A stretch of 64,000 bases of DNA from the NCBI RefSeq assembly GCF_009914755.1, contig NC_060937.1. The stretch is one strand, 5' to 3'. This document shows, piece by piece, positions 1 to 17,897 of the stretch. This DNA comes from the human T2T-CHM13v2.0 reference genome, Homo sapiens. A model generated the notes under the pieces. That model made no database searches. It worked only from the letters and a program-made list of their open reading frames with translations, and was not told the origin of the DNA. The translations under genes and the position numbers were made by a program. Every line of letters begins with the position of its first letter. The first letter of the stretch is position 1.

Positions 1-3000
1 AAATTTGCACCTTAAAATACTCTAACAAAGTGGTAACATAGGGAAAACTGCCAACATTTTTAATCAGACATCAAGTGATGGTATATGTATGTGGGGTATG
101 TGGTCTCAAGTGTTTATTTTCTTTAGGAGCAAAGAAATGTAATAATTGTTTCCATAATAAGAAAAATATGAAATCATTTCACTGGGATAAGGGTGGAGTA
201 TACTATCTTTAATGTAATTTACATGTTTAAACTCTACATACATAAAAACAAATATTTCATAAGAATCTCTAGAATTCCCTAAAGTAAACTATGATTTCTT
301 TTTTTTTTTTTTTTGAGACAGAGTTTCTGTCACCCAGGCTGGAGTGCAGTGGTGTGAACTCGGCTCACTTCAACCTCTGCCCTCCGGGTTCAAGTGATTC
401 TCCTGCCAGCCTCCTGAGTAGCTAGAATTACAGGCATGAGCCACTGTGCCCAGCTATTTTTTTATAAAATAATATACCACCAATATTTTCTCATACACGG
501 TATTAAGTGATAGTACTCTGGTTACTTTAAGGTGTCACTTCTGGTATATTTATCAAAAGGAGACAGAAATCCAATAGCTGGCAATGACACAGCAACAGTT
601 ACTGAAAAGAACTGTTAATATTATCTGAAAGATTAAAATTACATCTTGCTCCTTTAATTTTCAACTCATCTGAAAAATGAGGGCCTGAAAAGTACTGTGT
701 TTATCACCACACTAAACCTGGCCACAAGGCACCCTATATTCACACTTCATGTTCCTGTAACTATTTACACATTGTCTATAAAAAGTTCCTTGTTTCACCT
801 GAAAAGCAACACAGACTAGCATTCATATCTACTGAAAGCCATCATGACCTATGTAATTGTGCAGCATGAACAAAGAGGCCTTTATAAAGCCAAAGGCAAA
901 GCTCTTAGTAACAACCTGTTTCAGCTGAGACAAGCTGACCTCCGCTTCTGAAATTATACTTAATCATTCACCAAAATAGCTGCATATAATAAACCACTTA
1001 AAGCAGCTTTTTAAAAAAAAGGTAAAGGGGGTTGGGTGCAGTGGCTCACACCTGTAATCCTGGCACTTTGGGAGGCTGAAGAGGAAGGATCACTTGAGCT
1101 CAGGTAGTTGAGACGGCAGTGAGCCATGATAGTGCCACTGCATTCCAGCATAGGCAACAGAGTGAGACCCTGTCTCCCCCAGCAAAAAAAAAAAAAAAAA
1201 GGGAAAAGAAGGTAGGGGCTAATTTTCTATGAATTCCCTTTTACACTTAATTCACTTTCAATGCTTGTACTTTCAAATGTTTCAATGTTTTTAAAAATGA
1301 AGTCTTAAGTCTTGATTCTGGCAGATAGTTCTAGAATTAGCACTAGTCCAATTTCAGAGGTGTTTATTGCAACCATTAAGAAACCATTCTATTTTCATTT
1401 AAGTCAAAAATACTTTAAAAGTTAACTTAAAACTTTGACAGTTTGCTTGAATGTTGTTCTCACATGTACCAGGAAGGATCTCAAGGTGTTAATATCCCAA
1501 AAGAGTATTCACAGGTTGTCAATAAGAATCCCTACTGTGCTGGATCATTAGTTCTCAACATTATATGTATTACCATCCACCTCTAAAGTCTCCTCTGCAT
1601 AGCACAGAGTTTACTTTTTTCCAATGAAAGAAACTTCAAAATTAAAGAGATATCATTACTCTTAAGCAATCATGATATCCAGACACCACCATCTTAAGTG
1701 GTAAGTAAGATCCCACTTACCACCACAGGTTAACATGAAGGGATCTTTCCCAGAGACTAAAGAGCTGGGGCAATTTATTGGCAAACTTTTGAGAACCATA
1801 TACTTCAAGACTATACTCATTAAATAATTGCTTCCCTGATCTTCAGAATGCAACCTTCCCAACATACTCTTACTGAGCTCTTTGCACATTTAATTGTTAC
1901 ATCAAATTCCTTTGTCTGATAATAGCTCAGTCTTCCTGAGCTCAAACGAATACATCTACCTTCTTTATTTTTAAACTAAAATCTTTTTATAATCATTTTT
2001 TAAATGCAAAAAATGGCAAGGAATGGAGAAGACCTCAAAGGTCTTCTCTCAAGCTTCTAACAGCTCATTTCAAATATTTGCTGAGCACCTACTCTGAGCC
2101 AGAAACAGTGCTAGTACATAAGGACACAGCCTCTGTTCTTTTTAAAGTAATTAATCAGAAAAGACATTCCCATAAGTAAAAAGATTCCAGTATGTGTCAT
2201 GTGTAATGATTGACCTATGTGTCAGGAAATAATGAGTTATCCTGAGGGAAACATGCTAAAATGTCACCAGTGATGAGTCTGAGTGATTACTTCCTAAGCT
2301 CCTTTATCTTTTCCAGATTTTCTATGATATGTTATAATATGCATTTACTGCTTTTACAGCCTGAATAAAAATCTAAATAACCAAAATAAAATAATAGGAA
2401 TAGTACTAGTAACATTTATTGACTTTTATTATATACCCTGTGTGCTACATGCTTCACATACATTATCTCACTTAATAGAATCACCCTATTTAAAAAAAGA
2501 CCATTATCCATATTTTAGAGAGGAGGGAGCCAAAATATGAAATAATTTGCTGGAAATGTCTTTTCAGCTAGAATTTTTACTTATTTCCTCAGAAATAAGC
2601 AGGTGTTGAGACAAAAACAATCAGCTGTGTAAACAGAAAGAGTTGGAAATAGGTGTCATTTGTTGGATGTATAACCATAAGCAAGCAACTTAATCTCAGC
2701 GAGCCTCAGTTTCTCCTACTGTATTGTATTGTAAATGATTTAGTAGGCCCTAACTCATTTAGGGTTCTCAAGAGTAAATGATATTATGTATTAAAAAATA
2801 AAGAATTCTGTCTGGCAAATAACTGACAACAGAATGCTAGTATCAGTATCTTCATCAGTATAGTCAGCCAAAAAACTTGGGCAAATTATTTAACATCTCT
2901 GGGTTCAGTTTCTCTACCTGTAAACTGGGGATAAAAATACCTACACCATGCAGTAACTATGAGAATTACATGAGATAATACACAGTACAGTGCCTGGCAT

Positions 3001-3445
3001 GTGATACAACAGTCAAAACAGCTATTGTAATTCTCCACAAGCCAAACAAAATGGGGCTGGCTAAATAAGGTACAGTACATGCATATGATGAAATACTTTG
3101 CTGTTGAATATGTAAGGACATGATAAAAATATCGACAATGTATAGCTGTTTAAAAATTATGTAGAGTAAAATTCTTGTTTTAAAAATATATGAATATACA
3201 TTACAAAATATAAGAAAAGTAACAATAATACATTCCAAGATCTACAATTTGTGGATCTTTTTTTTTTAACTAACCCAGTTAAAAAAAAATTAAACAATTC
3301 TCACTGTTACCACCACCACTGTATGAAGCAAGACATTAAAACAACAATTTTGGCTGGGCGCAGTGGCTCATGCCTGTAATCCCAGCACTTTGGGAGGCCG
3401 AGGTGGGTGGATCACGAGGTCAGGAGATCAAGACCATCCTGGCTA

Positions 3446-3653
<208 letters not shown>

Positions 3654-4114
3654 TTAAAATTTCCATATCAATGTATTCAGACAAGCAGGAGTATCATGCC
3701 CACATACCCCATTCCATTCCATTCCATTATCACCAGGATTCTCTAACATATATATATTCTTCTCTGAACATTAAAAAAAGGGATTCACTTTCAAACTTCA
3801 AAGTAAGAGAAAAGGAGGCTATTTTGTTTCTAAGACATACATTTTTATTTCCCACAATTCCAGGCTTTCACATTTTGTATTGTTTAATACAGAAAAATTA
3901 TTCTGACTAAAAATAGGAATACAACAACATTTCCACAAGGGCAAATTCACCCCAAAAGACTGAGAATTCTAATTCTTAAAGGGAATAAAAATTAATGCCA
4001 CACGCAGTGGCTCACACCTGTAATCCCAAAATTCTGGGAGGCTGACGCAGGTGGATCATGAGGTCAGGAGTTCGAGACCAGCCTGGCCAGCATGGTGAAA
4101 CCCCATCTCTACTA

Positions 4115-4323
<209 letters not shown>

Positions 4324-4711
4324 CTAAAGTCACAATTCTGAGACTGTGACCAGAGAATAGTGTCATTAAATAAACAAAATGAAATAAAAAAATTATAGTT
4401 TCTTAATTTCTAAAAAATTAATAGGCTAACATGAAAGGTGATATTCAGTAAAAGGTAGAAATAATTATCAGAGATACTGAAAAAATATGAATCCTGGCTT
4501 GGAAAAAACATATTAAATATTATATTGTAAAATAGTTAAGAAATGCTATTTCATTAATTTCAGGGTTTTACCTCTTTCTCTTCCTACTTTCATTGCAAAT
4601 TATATATCACTCAAATTAATAACAGTTAACCACTGACTACACATGGATATGCAACATTCATTCAGCCTTGAAGGTGGGAAAGAAAAGAGAATTCTCAAAA
4701 GCATAGAAATC

Positions 4712-6897
4712 GCTCTCCCTCTCCCTCTCCCTCTCCCTCTCCCCTCTTTCCACGGTCTCCCTCTGATGCCGAGCCGAAGCTGGACTGTACTGCTGCCATC
4801 TCGGCTCACTGCAACCTCCCTGCCTGATTCTCCTGCCTCAACCTGCCGAGTGCCTGCGATTGCAGGCGCGCGCCGCCACGCCTGACTGGTTTTCGTATTT
4901 TTTGGGAGGAGACGGGGTTTCGCTGTGTTGGCGGGGCTGGTCTCCAGCTCCTAACCGCGAGTGATCCGCCAGCCTCGGCCTCCCGAGGTGCCGGGATTGC
5001 AGACAGAGTCTCCTTCACTCAGTGCTCAATGGTGCCCAGGCTGGAGTGCAGTGGCGTGATCTTGGCTCGCTACAACATCCACCTCCCAGCAGCCTGCCTT
5101 GGCCTCCCAAAGTGCCGAGACTGCAGCCTCTGCCCAGCCGCCACCCCGTCTGGGAAGTGAGGAGCGTCTCTGCCTGGCCGCCCATCGTCTGGGATGTGAG
5201 GAGCCCCTCTGCCTGGCTGCCCAGTCTGGAAAGTGAGGAGCGTCTCTGCCCAGCCGCCATCCCATCTAGGAAGTGAGGAGCGCCTCTTCCCGGCCGCCAT
5301 CCCATCTAGGAAGTGAGGAGCGTCTCTGCCCGGCCACCCATCGTCTGAGATGTGGGGAGCGCCTCTGCCCTGTCGCCCCGTCCGGGATGTGAGGAGCGTC
5401 TCTGCCCGGCCGCCCCGTCTGAGAAGTGAGGAGACCCTCTGCCTGGCAACCGCCCTGTCTGAGAAGTGAGGAGCCCCTCCGCCCAGCAGCCGCCCTGTCT
5501 GAGAAGTGAGGAGCCCCTCTGCCCGGCAGCCACCCCGTCTGGGAAGTGAGGAGCCCCTCTGCCCGGCCAGCCGCCCCGTCCGGGAGGGAGGTGGGGGGGT
5601 CAGCCCCCCGCCCGGCCAGCCGCCCCGTCCGGGAGGTGAGGGGCGCCTCTGCCCGGCCATCCCTACTGGGAAGTGAGGAGCCCCTCTGCCCGGCCAGCTG
5701 CCCCATCCGGGAGGGAGGTGGGGGGGTCAGCCCCCCGCCGGGCCAGCCACCCCATCCGGGAGGTGAGGGGCGCCTCTGCCTGGCCGCCCCTACTGGGAAG
5801 TGAGGAGCCCCTCTGCCTGGCCAGCCACCCCGTCCAGGAGGGAGGTGGGGGGGGTCAGCCCCCCGCCCGGCCAGCCGCCCCATCCGGGAGGGAGGGGGGG
5901 CGTCAGCCCCCCGCCGGGCCAGCCGCCCCATCCGGGAGGTGAGGGGCGCCTCTGCCCGGCCGCCCCTACTGGGAAGTGAGGAGCCCCTCTGCCCGGCCAG
6001 CCGCCCCGTCCGGGAGGGAAGTGGGGGGGTCAGCCCCCCGCCCGGCCAGCCGCCCCGTCCGGGAGGGAGGTGGGGGGGTCACCCCCCGCCCGGCCAGCCG
6101 CCCCGTCCGGGAGGGAGGTGGGGGGGTCAGCCCCCCGCCCGGCCAGCCACCCCGTCCGGGAGGTGGGGAGCGCCTCTGCCCGGCCGCCCCTACTGGGAAG
6201 TGAGGAGCCACTCTGCCCGGCCAACCGCCCCGTCCAGGAGGGAGGTGGGGGGGTCAGCCCCCCGCCCGGCCAGTCGCCCCGTCGGGGAGGTGAGGAACCC
6301 TCTGCCTGGCCGCCCCTACTGGGAAGTGAGGAGCCCCTCTGCACGGCCACCACCCCGTCTGGGAGGTGTACCCAACAGCTCATTTAGAACGGGCCATGAT
6401 GACAATGGCAGTTTTGTGGAATAGAAAGGGGGGAAAGGTGGGGAAAAGATTGAGAAATCGGATGGTTGCCGTGTCTGTGTAGAAAGAGGTAGACATGGGA
6501 GACTTTTCATTTTGTTCTGTACTAAGAAAAATTCTTCTGCCTTGGGATCCTGTTGATCTGTGACCTTGCCCCCAACCCTGTGCTCTCTGAAACATGTGCT
6601 GTGTCCACTCAGGGTTAAATGGATTAAGGGCGGTGCAAGATGTGCTTTGTTAAACAGAGGCTTGAAGGCAGCATGCTCTTTAAGAGTCATCACCACTCCC
6701 TAATCTCAAGTACCCAGGGACACAAACACTGCGGAAGGCCACAGGGTCCTCTGCCTAGGAAAACCAGAGACCTTTGTTCACTTGTTTATCTGCTGACCTT
6801 CCCTCCACTATTGTCCTGTGACCCTGCCAAATCCCCCTCTGCGAGAAACACCCAAGAATGATCAATAAAAAAAAAAAATAAATAAAAATAAATAAAT
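4712..6897 (+). mobile_element. Full-length SVA retrotransposon (subfamily not typed; D-like plausible)
   Basis: (CCCTCT)n head, Alu-like domain, GC-rich VNTR (~5130-6365), SINE-R, AATAAA at 6864-6869 and A-tail. 15-bp TSD AAAAGCATAGAAATC at 4697-4711 and 6898-6912. Confidence 0.98.
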
Positions 6898-6935
6898 AAA
6901 AGCATAGAAATCACCCTTAATTACCCTTGCATCTT

Positions 6936-8079
<1,144 letters not shown>

Positions 8080-8335
8080 TGAAATACAATCAAGATATCT
8101 GAATATATGAAAAGCAAATTATTTTAGTACTGTTCTCTCTTAGTGTCCACAAAGTAAGCCTCAGTAACTCACAGATTTTATTTTCAGTATTCTAATACTG
8201 TCTCCCTCTACTGTATAAAAAGGAAATTGAAAGATTTTTATCATTTATTTCCCTTAAGACATAATTAAGAAAATTTCTTTCAATTTGTTTTCCCCCAAAT
8301 AGTTTTTAGAGTTCATAATCTAACAAGAATATATT

Positions 8336-8386
<51 letters not shown>
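8336..8386. repeat. (TG)n(TA)n microsatellite
   Basis: Directly visible tandem dinucleotides. Confidence 0.9.
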
Positions 8387-8389
<3 letters not shown>

Positions 8390-8903
8390 AAATACCTAAA
8401 TATGTACATATATATATACATAAAATACATAAAATATGGAGATTCCAGGGTCAGGACAAGAAAAATAATCATCCTTTAGAACAAATCCTTAGAATCCAAG
8501 TTCTTCAATTCAAAATTTAGAAAAAGCTAAGCAAAGACGCACTAGCTTGGTTGGGAGTCAGAAATGTTATGTATGTCTCCTGGGCCAGGCTGAGCAATTT
8601 AGTTAACTAGGTAAACTTGGGGAAAGATTTAGAGTCCATTAACTTCAGATTTTTTTCCACCTGCAAAACTAAAAATAAAAATACTCTGCCAATGTCACAG
8701 AACTAAAACTAGAACCCAATTTTGATTCATTCACTGAATTAAGCACCCACTGCACAATACACACAGCAAGGGCTGCCAAGTTTAGCAAACAAAAATACAA
8801 TACAGAACATACTTATATAATAAAAAATTAGGCCAGGTGCAATGGCTCACGCCCATAATCCCAACACTTTGGGAGGCCAAAGCGGGCAGATCACTTTAGG
8901 TCA

Positions 8904-9179
<276 letters not shown>

Positions 9180-9711
9180 TTATCTGGGAACCCTAACTGA
9201 GGCACATACAAAAATACAAATAAGACATGCTTCTTATCCTCAAAGACTTACATAGGCACGAGGGATATGAAATGTATATATAAACGAGCTACTATACAAG
9301 GAAGAAAAGTAGTTACTTACATTAAAGAGGAAAGGGGAAGAAAAGGCAAATTGAGAACATAGTAAGTAGGATTGAAGAATGGTTAAAATCAACAAATGCA
9401 AATTCAAAACAGAAAAAAGAATGAGAGATGAGAGTGCTTAATTACATCCTCAACTCTAGCCACACAGATCTATGTATTTACCACACATGCTATTCTTCCA
9501 CCAGTATATGAGATGGCTCAGTAATACAAGTTCTTAAGTCATTTATCATTTATTCACAATGTAATTTACTTCAAATGGACCTGCATTAGCAATCTCTTGA
9601 TAGACATAAACCAAAAAAATCAAATTCATAACTTTCAGAACTATATCCCTTTCAAATCTACCTAGAGTTTTGTGCTTAATTACTCAAAATTATTTTATTA
9701 AGCAAATTCTA

Positions 9712-10085
<374 letters not shown>

Positions 10086-10458
10086 CTATTGTCCCAAGAG
10101 CTAGTTCATAAATCTGCCTCATAATTAACCAGCTCTGTTATTGACAATCTTTAAATAAATAAATAGGCAGATCCTTTTTAGCTAGATGCAAAAAACTACT
10201 TCACTTTGCACTTCCTGCTCCAACCCTCTGAACCTGTCTCCTTTCTGAAGGCCCAGTTACCATTCTCCATGACACAGACCAACCTGATCCTATTCCACAA
10301 TAGGAAATTTCACATGTCCTTAGAACTTCAAGTTAATAAATAGTAACACAGTATGCTACATGACTTTGTATAAAGAAGGAGTACTGGCCAAGCGCCGTGG
10401 TCCACACCTGTAATCCCAGCGCTTTGGGAGGCCAAGGCAAGTGGATCACTTTAGGTCA

Positions 10459-10719
<261 letters not shown>

Positions 10720-10960
10720 CTACCTATACCATTTATTCTCATTAACTGATTTATCATTATACCTTCATATAATTTTACAGCTGAAAGGACTCCAGAGCTC
10801 ATTTGGTCCACGGACTTCCTTTCAAAGGTACTGAAAATTTAGTCATAGTCATTTTGTGCCTAGACTAAATTCACGGGGCAAGCAAAGATCCAGAGTCAGA
10901 TTTCTTGGTTTTCAGTTCACTACTTTTCTTACTAAACTATTATCTACATTTTTTTTTTAA

Positions 10961-11152
<192 letters not shown>

Positions 11153-11640
11153 TAGGCTGGTCTCTAACTCCTGACCTCAGGTGATCCACCCAACTCGGTC
11201 TCCCAAAGTGCTGGGATTACAGGCATGAGCCACTGTGCCTGGCTATTATCTACATATTTTGAGTGATAGTTAAATATTATCTGAATATTAATTCTATTGT
11301 ATATCTTTTATTTCATTTTGAAAATATAAAGGAATCTAAAACTTACTTAAACTGTAATTTAAATTATTCATTGTTCCCTCATAATAAAGTAACATAAAAT
11401 TCAGCTTAATTAAAAAACAAAACAAAAAAAGCAGATTTGTCTTTATAGTAGTTTGTACTTTTTTTTTTTTTTTGAGATGGAGTCTTGCTCTGTTGCCCAG
11501 ACTAGAGTGCAGTGGCATGATTTTAGATCACTGCAACCTCCACTTCCCAGGCTTCAGGGATTCTCCCACCTCAACTTCCTGAGTAGCTGGGATTACAGGC
11601 ACCCACCACCACACCTGGCTAATTTTTGTATTTTTAGTAG

Positions 11641-11958
<318 letters not shown>

Positions 11959-12427
11959 TTACTTTTATTCAATTCTACCATAATTTTTAATAATTGAACA
12001 GACTCAAAGGTCTTCATGTCCAAAACAATAAACATTACACTGAATTAGGGATAAACATTTCCAATTTTCCTTAACTTTTGTCTTAGCCTATCATAAAAAG
12101 CCCTACAAGTGACTCAAACTGTTGGACCTAAATAAATGTAATTTATTTAGGTTTTAGTAAGGAACAGATAAATAATCATTTTGTTCATACTAAAACATAC
12201 CAAATCAATTTTAACCACACAATTCATTGAAATAGCCCAATAAGTTTCATGACTAGAAACTTCTATATTTATCAAAAAATGATTTTATTTCACTTCCTAG
12301 AGGAACCAGTACTTAAATGGAATTGCTTAATATTTAACTGACAGAGAGCTCTTCCTGAGTCCTGATTTGGTACTTGAAATTTAATATAAGTAAATAAAAA
12401 CATGAAGAATGAAAACTCTGGACTTAA

Positions 12428-12444
12428 CATCTCAGATTCTGGGC
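12428..12444 (-). pseudogene. SUGT1P3: SUGT1-like 17-nt micro-exon 7, with dead donor
   Basis: agtag|GC CCA GAA TCT GAG ATG|TTAAGT = (G)PESEM versus SUGT1 GSESEV; the donor reads TT instead of GT. Confidence 0.8.
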
Positions 12445-12534
12445 CTACTAAAACATAAAAAGGAAGCATTTTCAGGTAACAATACATTTATAGGCAAAGG
12501 TATTTATATGATTTTTATTGCACAAACATACTGA

Positions 12535-12840
<306 letters not shown>

Positions 12841-13130
12841 TGATCCGCCCACCTTAGCCTCCCAAAGTGCTGGGATTACAGGTGTGAGCCACCATGCCCA
12901 GCCTAGACTCCTTAGTAATTTCTTACTGATATGCCATACAAGCAAATCCACCCAAATCTCCTTTTCAACATAAGAAGCTAGGCAAAACCAGTGTATTTTT
13001 GGAAGTCTATATTTAAGGAAACATGTATTATTTAAAATAAATTATAAAGGTAAAAACAAATTTGCTTAAACCAAAAAATTTCAAGTGCTTACTTCTTTTT
13101 AAATTGAAATACCATGGGAGACCTACATAC

Positions 13131-13184
13131 CATTCTGAGCTTCTTGACACCTTTTAATTCAGTCACTGAAATTAAAATCTGCAC
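13131..13184 (-). pseudogene. SUGT1P3: SUGT1-like exon 6, with nonsense codon
   Basis: tctag|GT GCA GAT TTT AAT TTC AGT GAC TGA ATT AAA AGG TGT CAA GAA GCT CAG AAT G|GTATGT; TGA at 13159-13161 where SUGT1 has Trp (NFSVWIKRCQEAQN). Confidence 0.92.
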
Positions 13185-14413
13185 CTAGAAAGAAAAAAAC
13201 TATCACATCACTCATCTGCACAACCTATTAATCAACAAATAATTATTAAATACCTACTGCATCCCAGGCACTGTTCTTGGCACTGGGGAGTCAGCAGTGA
13301 ATAAAACCTGTCTTAACAGAACTTAATTGCAAACTCTGTTATAGCTATGAATATACCAACAGTTTAACATTTAGTTGTTCATCCTGAAACATTTTGATTT
13401 TTTTAAATTAATTTTAACTATAGTCAACCTTACTAATTTCACAGATATAAATAATGCAAATTTCCCTCAACCCCTTTGCCCTTAGAGAAGCTTCCTCATA
13501 CACACAACAAAGTCAGAACTAAATCAGACTCCCAATATGCCATTAGTTAGGTTGGGGAGGAGGCTTGGTAACTGAGAGCTGAGTTGAGGTCCCTAAGCCT
13601 TTCCCAGCCCCAGCTTGCTCTTCAATGCAGCTACCTATTCAGTCTACTATTCTCTCAGTGGCTTTATCTGTTACCATGCCTTTCCTACCAACACCGAGAA
13701 GCATCTTTAAATTCTGTGAAGTTTTGTCATATCTCCAAGTTACAGGGCAGTTGAGAGGCTACAGGTGATAAATTTTATGCTTACAGATAATAGTGTAAAT
13801 GTATCCATAAACAAATTTTTCATTTCTGGGGACACAGAACAATGACTACATTTAAACACAGTGCATAGTAAAATATGTAACTGCAGGCAAGAGCAATCTG
13901 GAAATTTTAAATTAAAAATTTCTTAAAACAAAATTTTCTAATTTACTAATTTATAAAAGAAATATAACTACATGGGCCTTAATAAAAAATGTAAATACAC
14001 TCTCACACACACCATATTCTAGAGAAGAACTATTACATCAAAATCCTAGCTTTGAATAACTTATTATTTTAAATAATCAGTAACTAAAACCAAGCAATCT
14101 ATCCACAGAGAGGGGAAAAGGTAATATTCTGAGTTATAAATGTTTTACCCTGTCTGATAAAAATAGAAGCATAAAAGTTTAACTTAAATTTTTCCTGGAT
14201 TTAAATTTATAGATAAATTTGTTTTTCAGTGAAATATCCTTAATAGCAATTTTACCAAGGAGGCCTTCTTCTGAAGGCCACCTCTGAAATAATTAGAGAA
14301 TAAATGTCAATGGCATGATATTAAGATATTATTCGGGTGGGCACAGTGGCTCATGTCTGTAATCTCAGCACTTTGGAAGGCTGAGGCGGGCGGATCACAA
14401 GGTCAGGAGTTCA

Positions 14414-14770
<357 letters not shown>

Positions 14771-15331
14771 TCATTCAAGAAAAGCATTTAGGGGCCAGAT
14801 GCAGTGGCTCCTGTCTGTAATGCCAGCATTTTGGGAGGCCAAGGCAGTAGGATCACTTGAGGCCAGGAGTTCAGAGACCAGTCTGGGTAATGTAGCAAGA
14901 CCTCATCTCTACAAAAAAATATTTAACGAATTAGCTCAGTGTGGTGACACATGCCTGTAGTCCCAGCTACTCAGGAGGCAGAGGCAGAAGGATGGCTTGA
15001 GCCCTGGAATTCAAGGCTGCAGTGAACTATGATGGTGCCATTGCACTCAAGCCTGGGTGACAGAGCAAGACTCTGTGCCCCCAGCCCCCAAAAAAAGAAA
15101 AAAAAGAAAGGAATTTAGGCAGGAAACTTTTCTATTGCTCTTAAAAGTAGTAGGGCCTAGACATGCAGAGGATGAGGCCAGGCACAATGGCTCACGCCTG
15201 TAACTCCAACACTTTGGGAGGCCGAGGCAGGCAGATCGCTTGAGCCCAGGAGTTCAAGACCAGGCTTTACAACATGGCAAAACCCTGTCTCTGCAAAAAA
15301 AAAAAAAAAAAAAAAAAGCAAAAATTAGTCA

Positions 15332-15469
<138 letters not shown>

Positions 15470-15813
15470 TCAAAAAAAAGAAAAAGAAAAAAGAAAATGT
15501 AGAGAATGGTATGACTCATGTTTTTTCAGGGTTTTCAAATATGTATCAAGGCACTAGATAACCTGACTCTAGAATTTGCTAAGAGTGTAGATATGCTGTC
15601 TTGCTGACTGAATAGCCCTATTATTCACATGCCAAAACTGAAACTGGGATAAGCAAATTTGAGAATAAGTCCTATCACCCAGACCTTTCCTTTCCTAATT
15701 TGTAGCTTCCATTTGTGTAATGAGGCCTAAAATCCTTTTTTGAACAGGTATACAGCAGAAAAGCAAACCTTTAAAGCAGTACAGAGTAAGAATTTAACAG
15801 ATAATATGTAAGA

Positions 15814-16034
15814 GCAGAGTTTCTTAACTCAGCACTACTGACACTTTGAACTAGATACTTCTCTGTTGGGCAGCACTGTCCTGGGCATTATAGGATATTT
15901 AGTAGCACCCCTGGTTTATATTCATTACATGTCAGTAGCTCATCCCCTATCCAACATTCATGATAACCAAAAATCTTTCAAACATTGCCTAAAGTTTCCT
16001 GGGAAACAAAATTGTTTCCAGTTAAGAACCACTG
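15814..16034 (+). mobile_element. MER20 (hAT-Charlie) DNA transposon remnant
   Basis: CAGAGTTTCTTAAC...GTTAAGAACCACTG degenerate terminal inverted repeats, ~220 bp, internal MER20-like motifs. Confidence 0.8.
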
Positions 16035-16699
16035 CTTTAGAGAATTGTGATAAAATTCTATCATAACATAAAGATAAAATAATAGTACAAGTAGGATTAT
16101 GTAGTCTACAATTTTCTGGGATTACTCACAACCTCTATCTTAGTATTTTTCCAATTTTAAAATTCTTGCTCTCACAATTTCTATATATGTCTAGATATCT
16201 ACACTGCTGTGATAATCTTCATATATTCCCCTAAAAAATATAACATTAAAAACTCACAATACTCTCAAAACTCTGTGTTTCTTCTGTACCCTCTCATAAT
16301 TTATCAAACTATACACTTCACTTCTCTATAAGTGTTAAGATTTCCCATCTCAGCATTCTGAATAACTTAAAATGAACAGACTTCTGACCAAGAAAGCAAA
16401 TTAAATTTTCATTTCTCCATTAGAAAAAAACAAAGCCAGACTAAATAGAGAGAGCATGTTAAGTGTTTCCATATGGCTTTTTACTTCTAATGGTAAGCTT
16501 ATCTGTGGTTTAAATGCTAAAAGGCTGATTTAACCAATTTTAAGTGATCCCATATCTGCAATCAATATGAAGTGTAATTAAGATGAGAAAAATAGGTATT
16601 GGGTTTCTGTAATTAACTTGAGATTAACATTAACAAAATTCAGCTTTGGTATTTCAGACAGAAATGGATAAGTTTATAAAACTACAATTTAATTCTTAC

Positions 16700-16771
16700 T
16701 ATCTAATTTTTGTCCTTCTATAAAAGTTTCTAGAGAAGCAGCATAGTTTTTTTTAATGGTATTCACATATC
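16700..16771 (-). pseudogene. SUGT1P3: SUGT1-like exon 5, with nonsense codon and +1 frameshift
   Basis: tgcag|G ATA TGT GAA TAC CAT TAA (stop at 16753-16755 in place of Glu). The exon is 72 nt versus 71 expected from [23 protein letters not shown], due to an extra A in the A-run. Donor GTAAGA is intact. Confidence 0.92.
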
Positions 16772-17479
16772 CTGCATGAACATATTTAAAACAAATTAAC
16801 ACACACACAAGATCTGGAAAATAGCCTTCTTTCTAAATAAAAACATTTAGTATTTTCTATTGTTGAAAGAAAAAATTTATTTTAAGCATATGTTAGTAAG
16901 CCAAGAGACTTTCTAAAATACTGTTAACATCTAGTATAATTTCCAGTAAAATTCAATTTTAGAACTTACTTCAGAAGGAATTTCACTTTAATTATACATA
17001 CTTGCTTATTCCAAAATATAATTATACAAAGGAATTAAAGCAGTTTCTTACTTAAAGAATAAAGTTACACTTATCAACAGAAACAAGATGGGATATAAAG
17101 CACATAGATACAGAGCTTTCATAGCATTAAATGTAGCCTATTCAGCTTGGTTGAATAATAGGATGTTCACCAGTCAGTTAAATAGAGTAAATTCCAAATG
17201 ATAAACAAAAAAGGAATGTGAAATGCATCAGTTTCATCTATACCCTGCAGTTATTTCAATCATCACTATTTTAAAATATATTAAGTATAGATCTCCTATC
17301 ACATATTATGGTTAACAAAATAATAGAACTATAACTTTATATTTAAAATTGAATCATATCTCTGCTATAATATGTATAAATAATTTTACTACTTATAAAG
17401 CTTACAATGAACTCATTCAACAAATTAAACATCTATTATTTACAGTCCAAGCTCAACAAAAAGAGTAGCTATTGCATAC

Positions 17480-17549
17480 CCTTTTCTCAGCACAGCAGTG
17501 GAATTATTTGGATTGAGTTCACGAGACTTCTTTACATCAGCAACAGCAA
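17480..17549 (-). pseudogene. SUGT1P3: SUGT1-like exon 4 (TPR)
   Basis: catag|TT GCT GTT...AAA GG|GTATGC = [24 protein letters not shown]. Confidence 0.95.
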
Positions 17550-17573
17550 CTATGTAGAAAAAGATGGGTTTTT

Positions 17574-17897
<324 letters not shown>

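Noticed and set aside
1662-1889. 75-aa ORF in non-repetitive sequence
   Set aside because: No recognisable homology and no convincing acceptor; only the donor hairpin was kept as a low-interest finding.
2120-2160. Faint resemblance to SUGT1 IEIKLKKPEAV coding sequence
   Set aside because: Short, lacks splice sites and sits in L2-like repeat context; likely chance.
5130-6365. Repeat-spacer-like periodicity resembling a CRISPR array
   Set aside because: It is the SVA VNTR: tandem 35-50 bp units with no unique spacers, no cas genes and a eukaryotic context.
4600-6861. Many overlapping GC-rich ORFs up to 221 aa (likewise at 59396-61714)
   Set aside because: They are translations of the SVA Alu-like, VNTR and SINE-R domains; stop-poor repeats give ORFs in all frames.
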